Below are positions 13,486 through 26,990 of a stretch of DNA of 64,000 bases, piece after piece. The notes beneath the pieces are model-generated. The model was not told where the DNA came from. It was given only the letters and a program-made list of their open reading frames with translations, and did no database searches. Origin of the DNA: Chiloscyllium plagiosum (Eukaryota). The first letter of the stretch is position 1, and each line of letters begins with the position of its first letter. The stretch covers positions 103,387,025-103,451,024 of the forward strand of contig NC_057717.1 of NCBI RefSeq assembly GCF_004010195.1, in the 5' to 3' direction. The translations under genes and the position numbers were made by a program.

Positions 13486-13777
13486 GAATGATTGGAGCAA
13501 TGAATTGTCAGTGAGTAACAGGAGGTGAGGTGCTATTGAGAAACTGACCCCAAAAAGAAACTTGATAAACTTGCACAGTGCAAGCTCCTTCTTTGCTGCC
13601 CTATGTTCACTCATGCTGCAATGACTTGTTGTTCTGATATGGACTGTGGTGGCTCCTTGTGACTCTGGTAACAACCACTCTTACAACTGACTGGTCCAGT
13701 CAACCTTGTGTGGTGCTCCAGCATCTGTTAGTGAAGGCGATCCACCACTCTTGACCAACGTGTGACTTCTGACTTAG

Positions 13778-14005
13778 AATCACAGAATCCCCAGAGTGTG
13801 GAAACAGGCCCTTCGGCCCAACAAGTCCACACTGACCCTCTGAAGAGTAACCCACCAGACCCATTCCCCTACCCTATTACTCTACATTTACCCCTCTCTA
13901 ATGCAGCTAACCTACACATCCCTGAACACTATTTAGCATGGCTAATTCACCCTAACCTGCACATCTTTGGACTGTGGGAGGAAACCGGAGCACCCGGAGG
14001 GAACC
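13778..14005 (-). mobile_element. HE1-type V-SINE, partial
   Basis: gtggaaacaggcccttcggcccaac...ggaggaaaccggagcacccggagg. Confidence 0.85.
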
Positions 14006-14799
14006 ATTGAGGCCATGCCACCCTTCACAATTGGTGAGCCAGATTGAAACAACTTGTATATAAGAACACGTCAGTTACAAGTGCGGCTGATCTGATTATA
14101 TCCTTGACTCCACATCCCACTTACCTCCTGGTAGCTTCCCCCAGCCCTAAGAATCTATCCACATCAGCTTTAACTCTGCTTCCAGTACCTCCAGAGTCCC
14201 AAAGACTGATGACTACCTGAGAGAAAACACTCTCCTCATCTTTGTCTTTAATACAGAGAGTTACATATAATGACTCAGCCATTCCAGCCAGAACAGGAAT
14301 GATTAAATGTTAATCTCCCATCAACCAGGCGTGCAAATTGCACTGCTATTGAGTCATCAAGTTATACAGCACAGGGGTCTTCAGCCCATTGTGTGCAAAA
14401 ACAGCCTCCTATCTATTCTAATCCCCTTTTCCAGCACTAGGCCAATTGCCTTAGTCTTGAGCTTACTCACATCATTTGCTTTATGATCCCATTCCCCACC
14501 TGTAGCATTTTATTAAGACACCTCCCTGCCGTGGATTGTAAAAGCCCCTCTAAATGATTAATGACACACCTCTGGAGCAGTTGGAACCATGAACCTGGCA
14601 CTCTCGGTCCAGAGGTATGGACACTACCACTGCACCACAAGCGTCGTGATGGTCTTCAGAATAGACTCTGCAGACAGTTGGCTGTCACCATCTCTTTCAG
14701 TCAATGGAAGTTTGTGACCCACCAGGTGCAACTCATTGATGACACAATGGTGTCAATAGCCCAACCTGATTGGATAGAGACGGCAGCTTCTAGGAAAGG

Positions 14800-16492
14800 C
14801 CCAGAAGGGGTAAGCGTGAACCATATGAAGGGGAGTAATAGTGAGTCTCATGAAAGGTACTTATGAGCCCTGTGAGGGGATCATTCTGAGCACTGTGAAG
14901 GGGGTAATAGTAATCATTGTGAAGAGGGCAATAGTGAGCACTGTGAAGGGGTAATCATGAGCACTATGAGGAAGGTAATTGTGAGCATCATGAAGGGGAT
15001 AACAGTGAGCTCTGTGAAGGGGATAGTAGTGAGCACTGTGAAGGGGATAGTAGTGAGCACTGTGAAGGGGTAATTGTGAGCACAGAGGAGGGCAATTATG
15101 AGCCTCATGAAGGGGTAATTGTGAACATTGTGTAGTGGATTGTAGTGAGCTCTGTGAAAGGGGTAAAAGTGAGCCCTGTAAAGGGGAAAATAGTGAGCAC
15201 TGTGAAAGGGGTAAAAGTGAGCCCTGTAAAGGGGATAATAGTGAGCCCTATGAAAGGGGTAAAAGTGAGCCCTGTAAAGGGGAAAATAGTGAGCACTGTG
15301 AAAGGGGTAAAAGTGAGCCCTGTAAAGGGGATAATAGTGAGCCATGTGAAAGGTGTAAAAGTGAGCCCTGTAAAGGGGTAAAAGTGAGCCCTGTAAAGGG
15401 GATAATAGTGAGCCCTGTGAAAGGGGTAAAAGTGAGTCCTGTAAAGGGGGTATTAGTGAGCCCTGTGAACGGGGTAACAGTGAGCCCTGTGAACGGGGTA
15501 ACAGTGAGCCCTGTGAAGGGGGTAATAGGGAGCCCTGTGAAGGGGTAACAGTGAGCCCTGTGAAGGGGGTAATAGGGAGCCCTGTGATTGGGGTATTAGT
15601 GAGCCCTGTGAAAGGGGTTAATAGTGAGCCCTGTGAATGGGGTAACAGTGAGCCCTGTGAATGGGGTAACAGTGAGCCCTGAGAAGGGGTTAATAGGGAG
15701 CCCTGTGAAGGGGTAACAGTGAGCCCTGTGAAGGGGGTATTAGGGAGCCCTGTGAAGGGGTAACAGTGAGCCCTGTGAAGGGGATATTAGTGAGCCCTGT
15801 GAAGGGGGTATTAGTGAGCCCTGTGAAGGGGGTATTAGTGAGCCCTGAGAAGGGGGTAACAGTGAGCCCTGAGAAGGGGGTAACAGTGAGCCCTGTGAAG
15901 GGGATAATAGGGAGCCATGTGAAGGGGGTATTAGTGAGCCCTGTGAATGGCGTATTAGTGAGCCCTGTGAATGGGGTATTAGTGAGCCCTGTGAAGGGGG
16001 TAACAGTGAGCCCTGTGAATGGGGTAATAATGACCCCTGTGAAGGGTATAATAGGGAGCCCTGTGAAGGGGGTAATAGGGACCCCTGTGAAGGGGGTAAC
16101 AGTGAGCCCTGTGAAGGAGGTAACAGTGAGCCCTGTGAAGGGGGTAACAGGGAGCCCTGTGAAGGGGGTAACAGGGAGCCCTGTGAAGGGGATAATAGGG
16201 AGCCCTGTGAAGGGGATAATAAGGAGCCCTGTGAAGGGGATAATAAGGAGCCCTGTGAAGGGGGTAACAGTGAGGCTTTTGAAGGGGGTAACAGTGAGCC
16301 CTGTGAAGGGGGTAACAGTGAGCCCTGTGAAGGGGGTAATAGGGAGGCTTGTGAAGGGGATAATAGTGAGCATTGTGAAGGGGTTAATAGTGAGCCCTAT
16401 GAATGGGGTAATAGTGAGCACTGTGAATGGGGTAATAGTGAGCCCTGTGAAGGGGGTAACAGTGAGCCCTGTGAATGGGTTAATAGTGAGCC
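14800..16492. repeat. Minisatellite, about 24-bp unit, about 70 copies
   Basis: Unit agtgagccctgtgaagggggtaac and variants; degenerate at left, homogeneous at right. Confidence 0.95.
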
Positions 16493-16927
16493 AGTATACG
16501 TGGCTGATGCCAGTTTAGCCGTTTCTCTGTTACTGGTGCAATCCTCTCCCAGCTTGCTCGGGGGAAGTCACTGTTAGTTACCTGTTGGTCTATCACCATA
16601 ATCACAGTTCCCCCATGCCCTCAATACAATGTACAGCATGAATACTCTGACATGTCTGCTTGCTCTCTGACTTTTCATCTACCAGCAAGCGTTGCTAGCT
16701 CCAGCAAGAGACAAGAAACTTAAAAACGGCATTAAAAAACATGATGACTGCACAGGATGTGGGTGTTACTGGCAGTTCCAACATTTAATGCCCTTGACAA
16801 GGTGGTGTTGAGCTGCCTTCTTAAACCACTGCAGTCCATCTGCTGTTGGTAAATCCTCTTGTTTTAAAAGAGTTCATCATGGTATGTTACAATCAAGTGG
16901 TTTGCTGGGTCAATTCTGGAACAAAAC

Positions 16928-17350
16928 TGTGGCTCAGTGGTTAGCACTGCTGCCTCACAGCGCCAGGGACCTGGGTTCGATTCCAGCCTCAGGTGACTGT
17001 CTGTGTGGAGTTTGCACGTTCTCCCCGTGTCTGCGTGGGTTTCCTCCGGGTGCTCCGGTTTCCTCCCACGATCCAGATGTGCAGGTCAGGGTGGATTGGC
17101 CATGCTAAATTGCCCCGTAGTATGTGGTCTATTTGGATTAGCCATGGTAAGTGTAGAATTATGGGGATAGGGTGGGTCTGGATGGGATGCTGTTCAGGGG
17201 GTCAGTGCAGACTCAATGGGCTGAATTGAGAGTGTGGTGCTGGAAAAGAACAGGAGGTCAGGCAGCATCCGAGGAGCAGGAGAATAGACGTTTCGGGCAT
17301 AAGCTCTTCATCAGGCATCGATGGGCTGAGTGTCCTCTGTAGAGATTATA
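16928..17350 (+). mobile_element. HE1-type V-SINE carrying a PLE family A insert (about 17229-17316, minus) in its tail
   Basis: SINE head and V-domain; insert reads cctgatgaagagcttatgcccgaaacgtc on minus, flanked by tcaatgggctga / tcgatgggctga. Confidence 0.85.
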
Positions 17351-18796
17351 TGATTGGAAAAGTCAACCACATTGCTGTGGGCCAGACTAGGTATGGATAG
17401 CAGAATTCCTTCCTTAAAAGGCATTAGTAGCAATCGCTAACAGGTTTATGGCTACTATTAATGAGATTAGCTTTCAACTCATGATTTTTTTCTTTAAATC
17501 CCAGCAGTTGCCATGGTGAGATTTGAACCCTTGTCCCTAGAGTACAAACTTGGGCTCCTGGAGGATTAGACCAGTCACAGTAGCACTTCACTGCGCGCTC
17601 ATGAGCTTGTTAGTCCCTTTCCCTTTCAACAGACAGAGCCAAGCCAAGATGCAAGGTGTGCACTTCCACCATAAGGCGATCCAGTAACAAATGTTGTCAG
17701 ACTCAGGGTAATGAGGTCTGTGCACCCACTTAGCCAAGCGAGAGGCAGTGTTTGAGGAGTGTCGTTCCTCTTTCTTAACAAGGTCACCGTCACCGAGGGA
17801 AAGTTGTCTTGTTGTAGCTCCAGTTATTATGTCACTATTCATCTACATTATTATCCAGAACTTTCAGCTGCCTCGTTAGCAGTCAGGGCAGTGGAGTTTA
17901 ATTTTATCCTATCGTCGGCATCGAGGGGTAAGAGTCATCGTGGGGTTGTGGGCGACGTTGGTATTGAAACAGCAAGCCTTGAGTTGGCCAAGTGGGTGCG
18001 TCTAAGGCTGGTGGTCCCGTGGGATGGAAACCTCATGGAATGTCCCATGAACAACTTCTGTCCTCTGGCTGTGCCAACATTTCATGGCTGGCTGGCGTGC
18101 ATTGGAGTGAAGAATATTAGGATAACCAAAGTTAGAAGCATGCCTGTAAAAATGTGTGTAGGATAGGGGAAGATGGAGATGGTGCATGAGCTAGAGGCCG
18201 TTTACCTGTTCTCATTCAAGATGGACAGTTTAAACAGGCTCACCGGTAATATCCAACAGGAATTTTGTTGGGAGATTGCCTTCATGCACGAGGAGAAAGT
18301 ATCAAAGGGATTTCCCAGACTCCTGGCTGAGGTTCCTCTGACCGACAATGCCATTCAGGTCATTTTTTTCCAAGTTGTCATTTCCTGGGAAGGGGTTTTC
18401 CTGGTGCAGGGGGTAATGTCCCTACCTCTGAGCCAGGCACCCTGGGTTCAAGCCCCACCTGCTCCAGAGGTGCAGAATGACATCCCTGAGCAAGGTGATT
18501 AGAAAAATCTTCCTCAAGGTTCCAGTTTCCAGTGGCAGTGTCCCTACCTCTGAGGCAGGACACCAGGGTTCAATTCCTTGTGCCCTAGCATACCTGGTTA
18601 AAAAGATCTGTGACTGAGCTGTGTTGTCTTTTAGTAACTGTGCTGCAGCATTGACCCTCTACCTGCGAAGCCCCTGAGTATCCTGAGGATGTGATGGGCT
18701 GTCACGTAGATGCAGGGTGCTTCCATTGCACTGTGTGAGGATGCCGTGAGATGGAAGTCTGAGAATTTCTCAAACCTGCCATGAGAGGGACCACAA

Positions 18797-18995
18797 GTCG
18801 AGTGTGTGGTGTTGGAAAAGCACAGCAGGCCAGGCAGCATCCGAGGAGCAGGAGAATCGATGAATAAGCCCTTCATCAGGAATGAGGCTTGTGGGCCGGG
18901 GGCCTGAGAGATAAATGGGGATTGGGTTGGGGTGAAGACATCTGAGAATGCGATAGGTAGATGAAGGTGAGGGAGAAGGTGATAGGTCAGAGAAG
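18797..18995 (-). mobile_element. PLE family A 3' end
   Basis: Same terminal repeat and pyrimidine-rich upstream segment as 10910-11115; flanking direct repeat ggaccacaa. Confidence 0.75.
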
Positions 18996-19018
18996 GACCA
19001 CAACAGTCTCTCCAAATG

Positions 19019-20107
19019 TTAAATACCTCCATAGAGGCTGGTATCCCATCACCAAGTCACCTTTCTTTACAAGTGGTGAGCCCTTGACACTGAGTGAGGA
19101 TGTGCAATTGCTTTCACTCATGTGGTGTTCCCCCAGCTCAGTTAGACTGGTGAGGGTGTCCACTTCCATCGGAATACACTGCAACTTATATACTCCACTT
19201 GCTGCACTTTCCAATGATAAAGCCAGTTCTGGTGCCTGTTTGAAGTCCAGTTGAGTTTCAGCCAATTGGTGATTTTGTATGGCTACATCATTAATCCCAC
19301 ATTCCAAAAGGTCTCTCAGTGCCTCATTAAGGATTAAACCAAACTCACACACCTCTGTGAGTCGTCTTAACCTAGTCAAAAATCCCAATACGGATTCCCT
19401 TACTTCTCAAGTTGACGAGTAAAACCAATAGCATCTCAGAATTAGAGGAAGCTTGGGTCTATTATATTCCTTAAATAAATCCGTCAACTCTTGAAAAGTT
19501 TTAGTATCTGGTGCCTCAGGAAAAGTTAACCTCCTAATAACTGAAAAAAGCTGAGGGTCCACGAGCTGTCAGGTGAATTACTGATTGATTTTCATCTGCC
19601 ACAATGTCATTTGCCCAGGAAACATATCACATTCTTTCCACATACTGGGCCCTGTCTTCGATGGCAGGATTGTGGCTTCCCAAATAACAGCACGATGCCG
19701 GAAATGCTTATTCCAACTCAAAGGCGACTGCTGTGAGTGAATTTCTTCAGGAGCGTGCTTTACTCTCGTCGCCACTGAAATAACTCCACAGAGGCCGGTA
19801 TCCCGTCACCAAGTCTCCCTTTACTTACACACTGATCCAGCTCCCTCAGAGCCAGCTCTCAGAGTGAGCAGGACCTCTGACCCTCCTGGTTATTTTTTTT
19901 TTCTCTTTTTTTCCCTTTTTTTTCTTATTTTTTCTTATCTTTTTTTTATTTAACCCCCACACTACCACCTAAGTGTGGTAATGCTTATTTTTACCCTCCT
20001 GGTTATACCTGTCAACCGGGGCTCCCTGATTGGACCAGGTTAACAGCCCAATCAGGGAACTCAGAATCTATGAGGTCCACCTGGCTGATTATGTTACATT
20101 CACTACA
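19019..20107 (-). mobile_element. Internally deleted Gypsy/Ty3 LTR retrotransposon: 5' LTR, PBS, gag remnant, 3' LTR stub
   Basis: LTR 19776-20107 is TG...CA. PBS tggcgacgag on minus at 19765-19774. gag-like LRRLTEVCEFGLILNEALRDLLECGIND. LTR-like stub at 19019-19095. 5-bp TSD AAATG at 19014-19018 and 20108-20112. Confidence 0.85.
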
Positions 20108-21614
20108 AAATGCTCATTGTCCAACTTGAAATCCCACTGAAGTAAAAACAGTGGATGAATCGGCAGTCGGTGCTGCTGTATCACCCACTTCAGTACATTC
20201 TAATTTTATTTATCCTTCCGTGTCTGTTGCAGAATGACTACAAGAATTAATTGAAAATCTCTCAAGTCAGTCATGAGAAAATGTATTAATATTCTGTTGA
20301 CCCAAGTTTAACATCCTTCATGATATCTCTCTCGAGGTTCTCAGCTTGCTATACAGTGTTCACACTGACAGTCTGCCTATGAGAAATGGTTTTAATATCG
20401 GGGAAGTCAGATGTAACTACATTTAACAGCATTGCTTATTTACTCTAAGGTTGTGCTCCCTGGAATGTGACTGATGGGCTCCCAAGCTGAGCTTCAGATC
20501 TGTGTGGAAGTCGAGGGCGATGGAGACAGGCAGACAAGTAGAGCCTCGGTCACACCAGCCACTGACCTTATTGAGCAATGAGGGGTCAAATGGTATACTC
20601 CTGCTTCTAGTTCTCAAGTTCTTGTTTTTGAATCGAGTCTCCTGTTTGATCCAGAGCTTAGGTTATGGTTCCTGGGCTTCTCTGTGACCAGCAGTGCTTT
20701 CCTGTACCTCCTTGGCCCATTTGGAAGGTCTCACCTGGGGCTTTCCAGTGAACTTGCCCATTCCAACGCTGAACACGTCGGTGCCTCAGCTCCCCACCCT
20801 CTGTCAATTCCAGCTCGTCCGACGGTCCACTTCCAAAGCCAGATCCCGCAGAGCAATCCCACTCACTCGTGCAGCACTCCTGCGCCTTGCCTCCCAGAGC
20901 CTCCAGTTCCTCAGTGTCTCCTCCAATTCCTCAAGTTACGCTGTTTCCATTACTGGCTACAGTCGATACTGAGCACTCTCTCGGCCTTGTGAAATGCCTT
21001 CAACCCCCTTTCTCGGCCTCACCTTCTAAGTTGTGAGCTCTGCAATCGATACCCCATTCCCACAAACCCCGTCTTCTACGTCCAAACCTCAATACTTCCG
21101 TCATGGCCTTCAAAGCTAATCTTTTGGTACCATCCACCCGACTTAATGTCTCTTTCTTTGATTGTTTATGGACTTATATTAAAACACCTCAGTACCTATC
21201 TCCTGCATTAAAGATGCCATACCAATGCAAACTGCTGTTGCCTTTATCTTGTTTGATGCTTGCCGTGGAACCTCGGGGTCAGATATGGAGTTTAATTCTA
21301 CCTTTTACATCTTTAGTTGCAGATCCATGCTGGGTCTTGGTTTTATTGACTGGATAGTTGATAGCTTATTCCGAATCTCTAAGCTGATGAGGAATGAGTA
21401 TCCGGGCCTGAGTGACCCTAGCTTTGACGTTTAAGGTGTCAAAGCATGAGAAATAGAAGTAAGGCGGAGGCCATTCAGCCTTTAAAACCTGTTCCATTTA
21501 GACTATGGCTAATCCTCTCCCTCAACTCCTCTTGCCTCCTCTCTTTCCATGTCTCTTGGTTCCCTCAATGTCTGCACATCTATCGACCTCTCTCTTGAAT
21601 ATATTCAATGACTG

Positions 21615-21835
21615 TGGATATGTGGAATTCATTGCCCCGGAGCGCAGTGGAGGCCGGGACATTAAATGTCTTCAAGGCAGAGATTGAAAAATTCTTAATC
21701 TCGCAAGGAATTAAGGGCTAGGGGGAGAGTGCGGGTAAGTGGCATTGAAATGCCCATCAGCCATGATTGAATGGCGGAGTGGACTCGATGGGCTGAATGG
21801 CCTTACTTCCACTCTTACGTCTTATGGTCTTATGG
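21615..21835 (+). mobile_element. CR1-type LINE 3' end (second subfamily), nested in an older minus-strand copy
   Basis: gtggaattcattgccccggagcgcagtggaggcc...ggctgaatggcctt..(tcttatgg)2. Confidence 0.75.
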
Positions 21836-22211
21836 ACTGAACACTCATAAGTCCCTCTGAGAGGGACAATTCCAGAGATACACCACCCGGGAGTGAGGAA
21901 ATGTCTCCTCATCTCAGTACTGCTCAGTTGCTCAGTGTTTGGTTATTTGTTCACTGAATATCATTGGTTAAGCTTCTCTGAGGTCACTTAGAGAAAAAAG
22001 CTTGACTGAATCTGGCTGCTGTGAGCATGAGGGAATACACATTAAGGCCTTGAGTAAAACTCCTATTCCATGCCTAGAAGCTAGTGTGGCATCTCTGTAT
22101 ATACCCCCGAGGCATAAAATGTAGCATTCACAGTTTTCCTGAGCGAGGGATGCAGTGTTGTAGATTTCCACCCCCACACACACAGATACACAGACACACA
22201 GAGACTGTCTT

Positions 22212-22242
<31 letters not shown>

Positions 22243-22967
22243 TCCTTCTGGACCTGAACATTAATCAGCTTTCTCTGCACAGATGCTGCCTGAGCTGCAG
22301 AGTATCTTCAGCAATTTCTGTGAATGTTTCTGATTTCCAACATCCACAATTCTTTGATTTTTCTTCCCCAGTTTCCCAGCTGGGGGAAACAATTTTTGTT
22401 GTGTCCCTTAAGAAATTTATGTTTGAATCAGATTACCAAGATTCCTCTAAGCTGCAGTGAATATAAACCCAGTTTACTCAATCTCTCTGCAGGAGCTAGT
22501 TTCCTCATCGCAGAAACCTGTGGAGTGAACCTCCAAATATGAACCTTCTTGAATGAGGTACATTCTACACAGTTTTCCATGTGTCTGCTCCAGAGCCTTA
22601 GCTAACTGCAGTATATTTTCATTATTCGCATTCCCCAACTCGCAATAAAGATTAACAGGCCATTCGCCCTCCTCAGCACTCACTGCAGCTGATGTTAATT
22701 TTCAGAGATTAATGTACAAGGACACCACATCCTGCTAATACGTTCGTGTCTCTTGTCTTTTTAAAATTAATTTTTTTGATATTTTCCTTCCCCATCTTAG
22801 CGCTCAGTTTCATTGTTTGGCCTCCCGGGATTTGGGTTACATCTGATCCATGTACCTCACAGGGTCAACTAGACCAGCCCTTATTCTGGAAAGGTCCAGG
22901 AGGTTTGGGAACAGCAGAGGTACATCAGGGCCCAGTGACTGGAGCCTCTCAAGGACTTGCTGTTACT

Positions 22968-23625
22968 GCAGATAAATGCGAGGTGCTGCATTTTGGGAAA
23001 GCAAATCTTAGCAGGACTTATACACTTAATGNNNNNNNNNNNNNNNNNNNNNNNNNNNNNNNNNNNNNNNNNNNNNNNNNNNNNNNNNNNNNNNNNNNNN
23101 NNNNNNNNNNNNNNNNNNNNNNNNNNNNNNNNNNNNNNNNNNNNNTCAGAAAAGATTTACAAGGATGTTGCCAGGGTTGGAGGATATGAGCTACAGGGAG
23201 AGGCTGAACATGCTGGGGCTGTTTTCTCTGGAGCGTTGGAGACTGAGGGTTGACCTTATAGAGGTTTACAAAATTATGAGGGGCATGGATAGGATAAATA
23301 GACAAAGTCTTTTCCCTGGGGTCAAGGTGTCCAGAACTAGAGGACATAGGTTTAAGGTGAGAGGGGAAAGATATAAAAGAGACCTAAGGGGCAACTTTTT
23401 CATGCAGAGGGTGTACATGTATGGAATGAGCTGCTAGAGGATGTGGTGGAGGCTGGTACAATTGCAACATTTAAGAGGCATTTGGATGGGTATATGAATA
23501 GGAAGGGTTTGGAGGGATATGGGCCGGGTGCTGGCAGGTGGGACTAGATTGGGTTGGGATATCTGATTGGTATGGACGGGTTGGACCGAAGGGTCTGTTT
23601 CCATGCTGTACATCTCTATGACTCT
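22968..23625 (+). mobile_element. CR1 LINE 3' fragment (assembly gap at 23032-23145)
   Basis: DKCEVLHFGK...MLPGLEDMSYRERL..LGLFSLE..RLR. Confidence 0.92.
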
Positions 23626-23859
23626 ACGATTCTATCTGGAGCAGTGCTGGGGGTGGGCTCGGGTAGCCCTGGGATATGCTTTGATACCCTCCCCCTTTGC
23701 AAACAGAAGCAGAAAGTATCTATCTCATGGCAACACTGAGGGGATGTCGCTGAAAGAACCCAGTAAGGTTTGCATTTCTATAGCACCTTTCATGTCACCA
23801 GGAGAGCCCAGAGTGTTTCACAGCCAGTTGGCAATATTAAGAATTAGAGAATCCCTACA

Positions 23860-24055
23860 GGGCAGGGAGGGGGCTGTGGAGGCCAAGTCATTGAGTGTAT
23901 TGAAGACAGACATAGATGAGTTCTTGATTAGTAAGGGGATAAAGGCTTACGGGGAGAAGGCAGGGGAGTGGGGTTGAGGAACATATCAGCCATGATCGTA
24001 TGGCAGAGCAGATTTGACAGGCCAAATGGTCTGATTCTGCTCCTGTATCTTATGA
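23860..24055 (+). mobile_element. CR1-type LINE 3' end
   Basis: AVEAKSLSVLKTDIDEFLISKGIKAYG; ggccaaatggtct..ctgctcct tail. Confidence 0.75.
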
Positions 24056-25979
24056 TCATTTTCTCAGTAATGGTGGAAGGTAAGGTCACAATAGTCCTAC
24101 CAGGCTGGTCCGTCATTACAGACTCTGGATTCCAGATTTTTATTGAATTCAAATTCCATCATCCAGAACATTGGTTGAGTTTCTGAATGCACAGTCTCAT
24201 GATAATAACATTGGCCATTGCCTCTCCATTAAGGATGGGGCTGACTAAGAGTCCCAGGCTCCTGACACTCAACTGGGCCTCGCACTCCCATGAAGAAAGT
24301 TACAACTGCCTCTTTATTAAACAGTAAACATTGAATACAGTTCTCCCCCATCCCCGTCGCCAACCTGGTTATCTCCTGCTCATTTGCAAAGAATAAATAC
24401 AAAGCCTCCTCCATGCTGTATGAGAGCGCTGCACTTACAGAGTGTCCTTTTCATTACCATGATTGACATCTATCCCTGAACGCAATAAATTTCATATTAT
24501 TTTCACAAAGAGGAGAAGGAGGCAGTATGAAGAGATTCCCTTTACATTCCTCCTGTAATCTTATTTTCTTCATGCAACTGATAATTATCAAGCTACCCGC
24601 TGTCACAGTGTGAGTTTCTACAGCTACGTTCCATTTTATTTATTTATGCGATCCTGCGTCATCAAGACTGCAGGGGTCTTCCTGTCTCTGTCTCATTAAA
24701 CAGTGTTGTTCCTGGAGCTTCTGCTAAGTGGCGTACCTGTGAATTATCTTAGCCTCATTGTCTCATACAGTCGGACGATGCACACTCGCTCAGATTTGAA
24801 AAGGTTAGACAATTGCTAAAGGATGCGGACTATTTCCTGGCATCCCGCTGCCCACCCTCCGTATGTTTTCTTAAAATCTATTATAAATGCAGAAGGAGGC
24901 CCTTCGGCCCGCAAATGGGAAAGGAGACATGAACGGAAAGACCATGCAGGTCGGAGATATTAACAGGCCAATGTGTTCTGGTCACTGCACTAACAAAGGG
25001 GCAATTACCATGCACACATGACTTGAAAGCGTTCAATGCTTCAGTATGAAATTCCAATTAGTCACAGCAAGCTATGATGTTTTGAACCAAGATCCAATTA
25101 TGACATTACTTACGCTTTGTAGCAGCATGAAATGGGACTAGTTGCACTGTTGAATAATTCTCGAATGCTATAACAGTTACAAAAGATCTCCTATCATTCC
25201 TCTTGGAATGGAACATTGTTCAAATTCGGTGTCAAACTATAGTCTTCCTGCTAAACCTAATATAATGATGGGCACCAAACATCCCCCACTCAATATCTCT
25301 CACTCCTGAAGTTACACAGAAACAAGAGATAGCAATCAACAGGAAAAGCTCAGTCAGTAATGGAGCAATCTGATTCCTCACGCTTAAAATAGGTGATCAA
25401 TGTTGTGCCAAAAGCTTTTGGTCAATTAGGTCACCTTCTATTTACCTTTAGCCTATGTTACTTTTCTGTGTGTTCCTCACGCATTCTCTCTTTTCCCTAA
25501 CTCCCACACACTCCTTTCACCCTTTTCAGTGCAGTGTTAATTATATTTGTGTGAGTTAGAGCCTCCTTTATCTGTTTCTATCTCTCTTTCCCACCCGAAG
25601 CCTCAGGCAACCAATTTCTGAGGCTCTCTCCTCACGGAACCTACTGCAGGTTCTGCAGATGTTCACACAGGTTCAGACAGAATTGCTAGTTTTTAAAGAA
25701 TGTTTATTGATAGTTGGTACATGCCAACGTGCAAAACAGGAGCAGAAGCGGCCCCTTTGGATTCTTGAGCCTGTTCCACTATCCAATCTCTTTGCATTTC
25801 GGATTCCACATTCCCATCTACTCTTGATAAACCTTGATTTCCCCCGCCGAGCAAGAATTTAACCACTTTGGTCTTAAAAATATTTAATGAGCCCATCTCT
25901 ATCACCTTCTAAGACAAAGAGTTCCAAAGGTGCATGATGCTCTGAGAGAAACAACATTCTCCTTATCTCAGTCCTATTT

Positions 25980-26440
25980 GATTTGATTTATTATTGTTAC
26001 ATGTACCTAGTTACAGTGAAAAGTTTTGTTTTGTGTGCAGAACAGGCAGATCATTCCATACAAAGTACATCAAGGTAATAGGACACAGCTACAAAGAAGG
26101 TGCACAAAAAGCAAAATCAACATTAGATTTGAAATTTGAGAGGTCCATTCAGAAGTCTAATAACAGCAGGGAAGGAGCTGTTTTTGAATCTGTTGGTGCG
26201 TGTGTTTGAGCTTTTATATCTTCTGCCCAATGGAAGAGGTTACAAGAGATTATAACTGGGGTGGGAGGGGTCTTTGATGATGTCAGCTGCCTTCCCGAGG
26301 CAGTGGGAAGTGTAGATGGAGTCAATGGATGGAAGATTGGTTTGTGTGATGGACTGGGCTGTGTTCTTGACTCTCTGTAGTTTCTTACAGTCCTGAGCAG
26401 TTGCTGTACCAAACTGTGTTGTATCCAGATGGAATGCTTA
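25980..26440 (-). mobile_element. Rex1/Babar-type LINE 3' fragment
   Basis: Minus strand reads HPSYNLL*PLPLGRRYKSSNTRTNRFKNSSFPAVIRLLN, a C-terminal motif typical of Rex1. Confidence 0.75.
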
Positions 26441-26741
26441 GTGATTAGTGATCCCTTGTTTTAAGATGGTGGCCACTAGGTTCAATCCCCATCACCAACT
26501 ATGAACCCTGAAGAATTCTCCTTCTCAATCTCTCCCCTCACCTGAGACGTGGTGACCCTCGGATTAAATTCACTCTCTGTTGTCTCTCTCTCAAATGAAA
26601 CAGCAGCCCCATGGTCTGGTCAGACTATGGCAACTTTACATTTACCAAACACTGTCACTGACCCTTACTTAAATGGGGCTCCACGTCATAAAATCAACAA
26701 GAGCTTGATAGATTTGAGAACGAGAAACTGGTGCCAGGGAC

Positions 26742-26990
26742 TTAAAAAGGACATGAGGGGTGTCTTTTTTACACAGACTGTGGTTTGACTGTAGAATGAA
26801 CTTCCTGAGGAAGTGATGGACATCGGCACAGTTTCAACATTTAAAAGCCATTTAGATAAGTACATGAACAGGAAAGGTTTGGAGGGATATGGGCCAGGAG
26901 CAGGCAGGTGGGAACTAGTTTAGTTTGGGATTATGGTCAGCACGGACTGGTTGGGTTGAAGGGTCTGTTTCCATGCTGGATGACTATGAA
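26742..26990 (+). mobile_element. CR1 LINE 3' end
   Basis: RGVFFTQ..ELPEEV..HLDKYMNRKG. Confidence 0.85.

Noticed and set aside
15690..16518. 243-250-aa ORFs on both strands
   Set aside because: Artefact of a 24-bp unit divisible by three; no splice or homology support
17680..18370. Possible pol/integrase remnant next to the Gypsy element
   Set aside because: Lies outside the TSD-defined element; no RT or integrase motifs recognised in the frames read
24771..24803. 33-bp in-frame micro-exon candidate (SDDAHSLRFEK)
   Set aside because: Weak donor (gttaga) and no host gene to belong to
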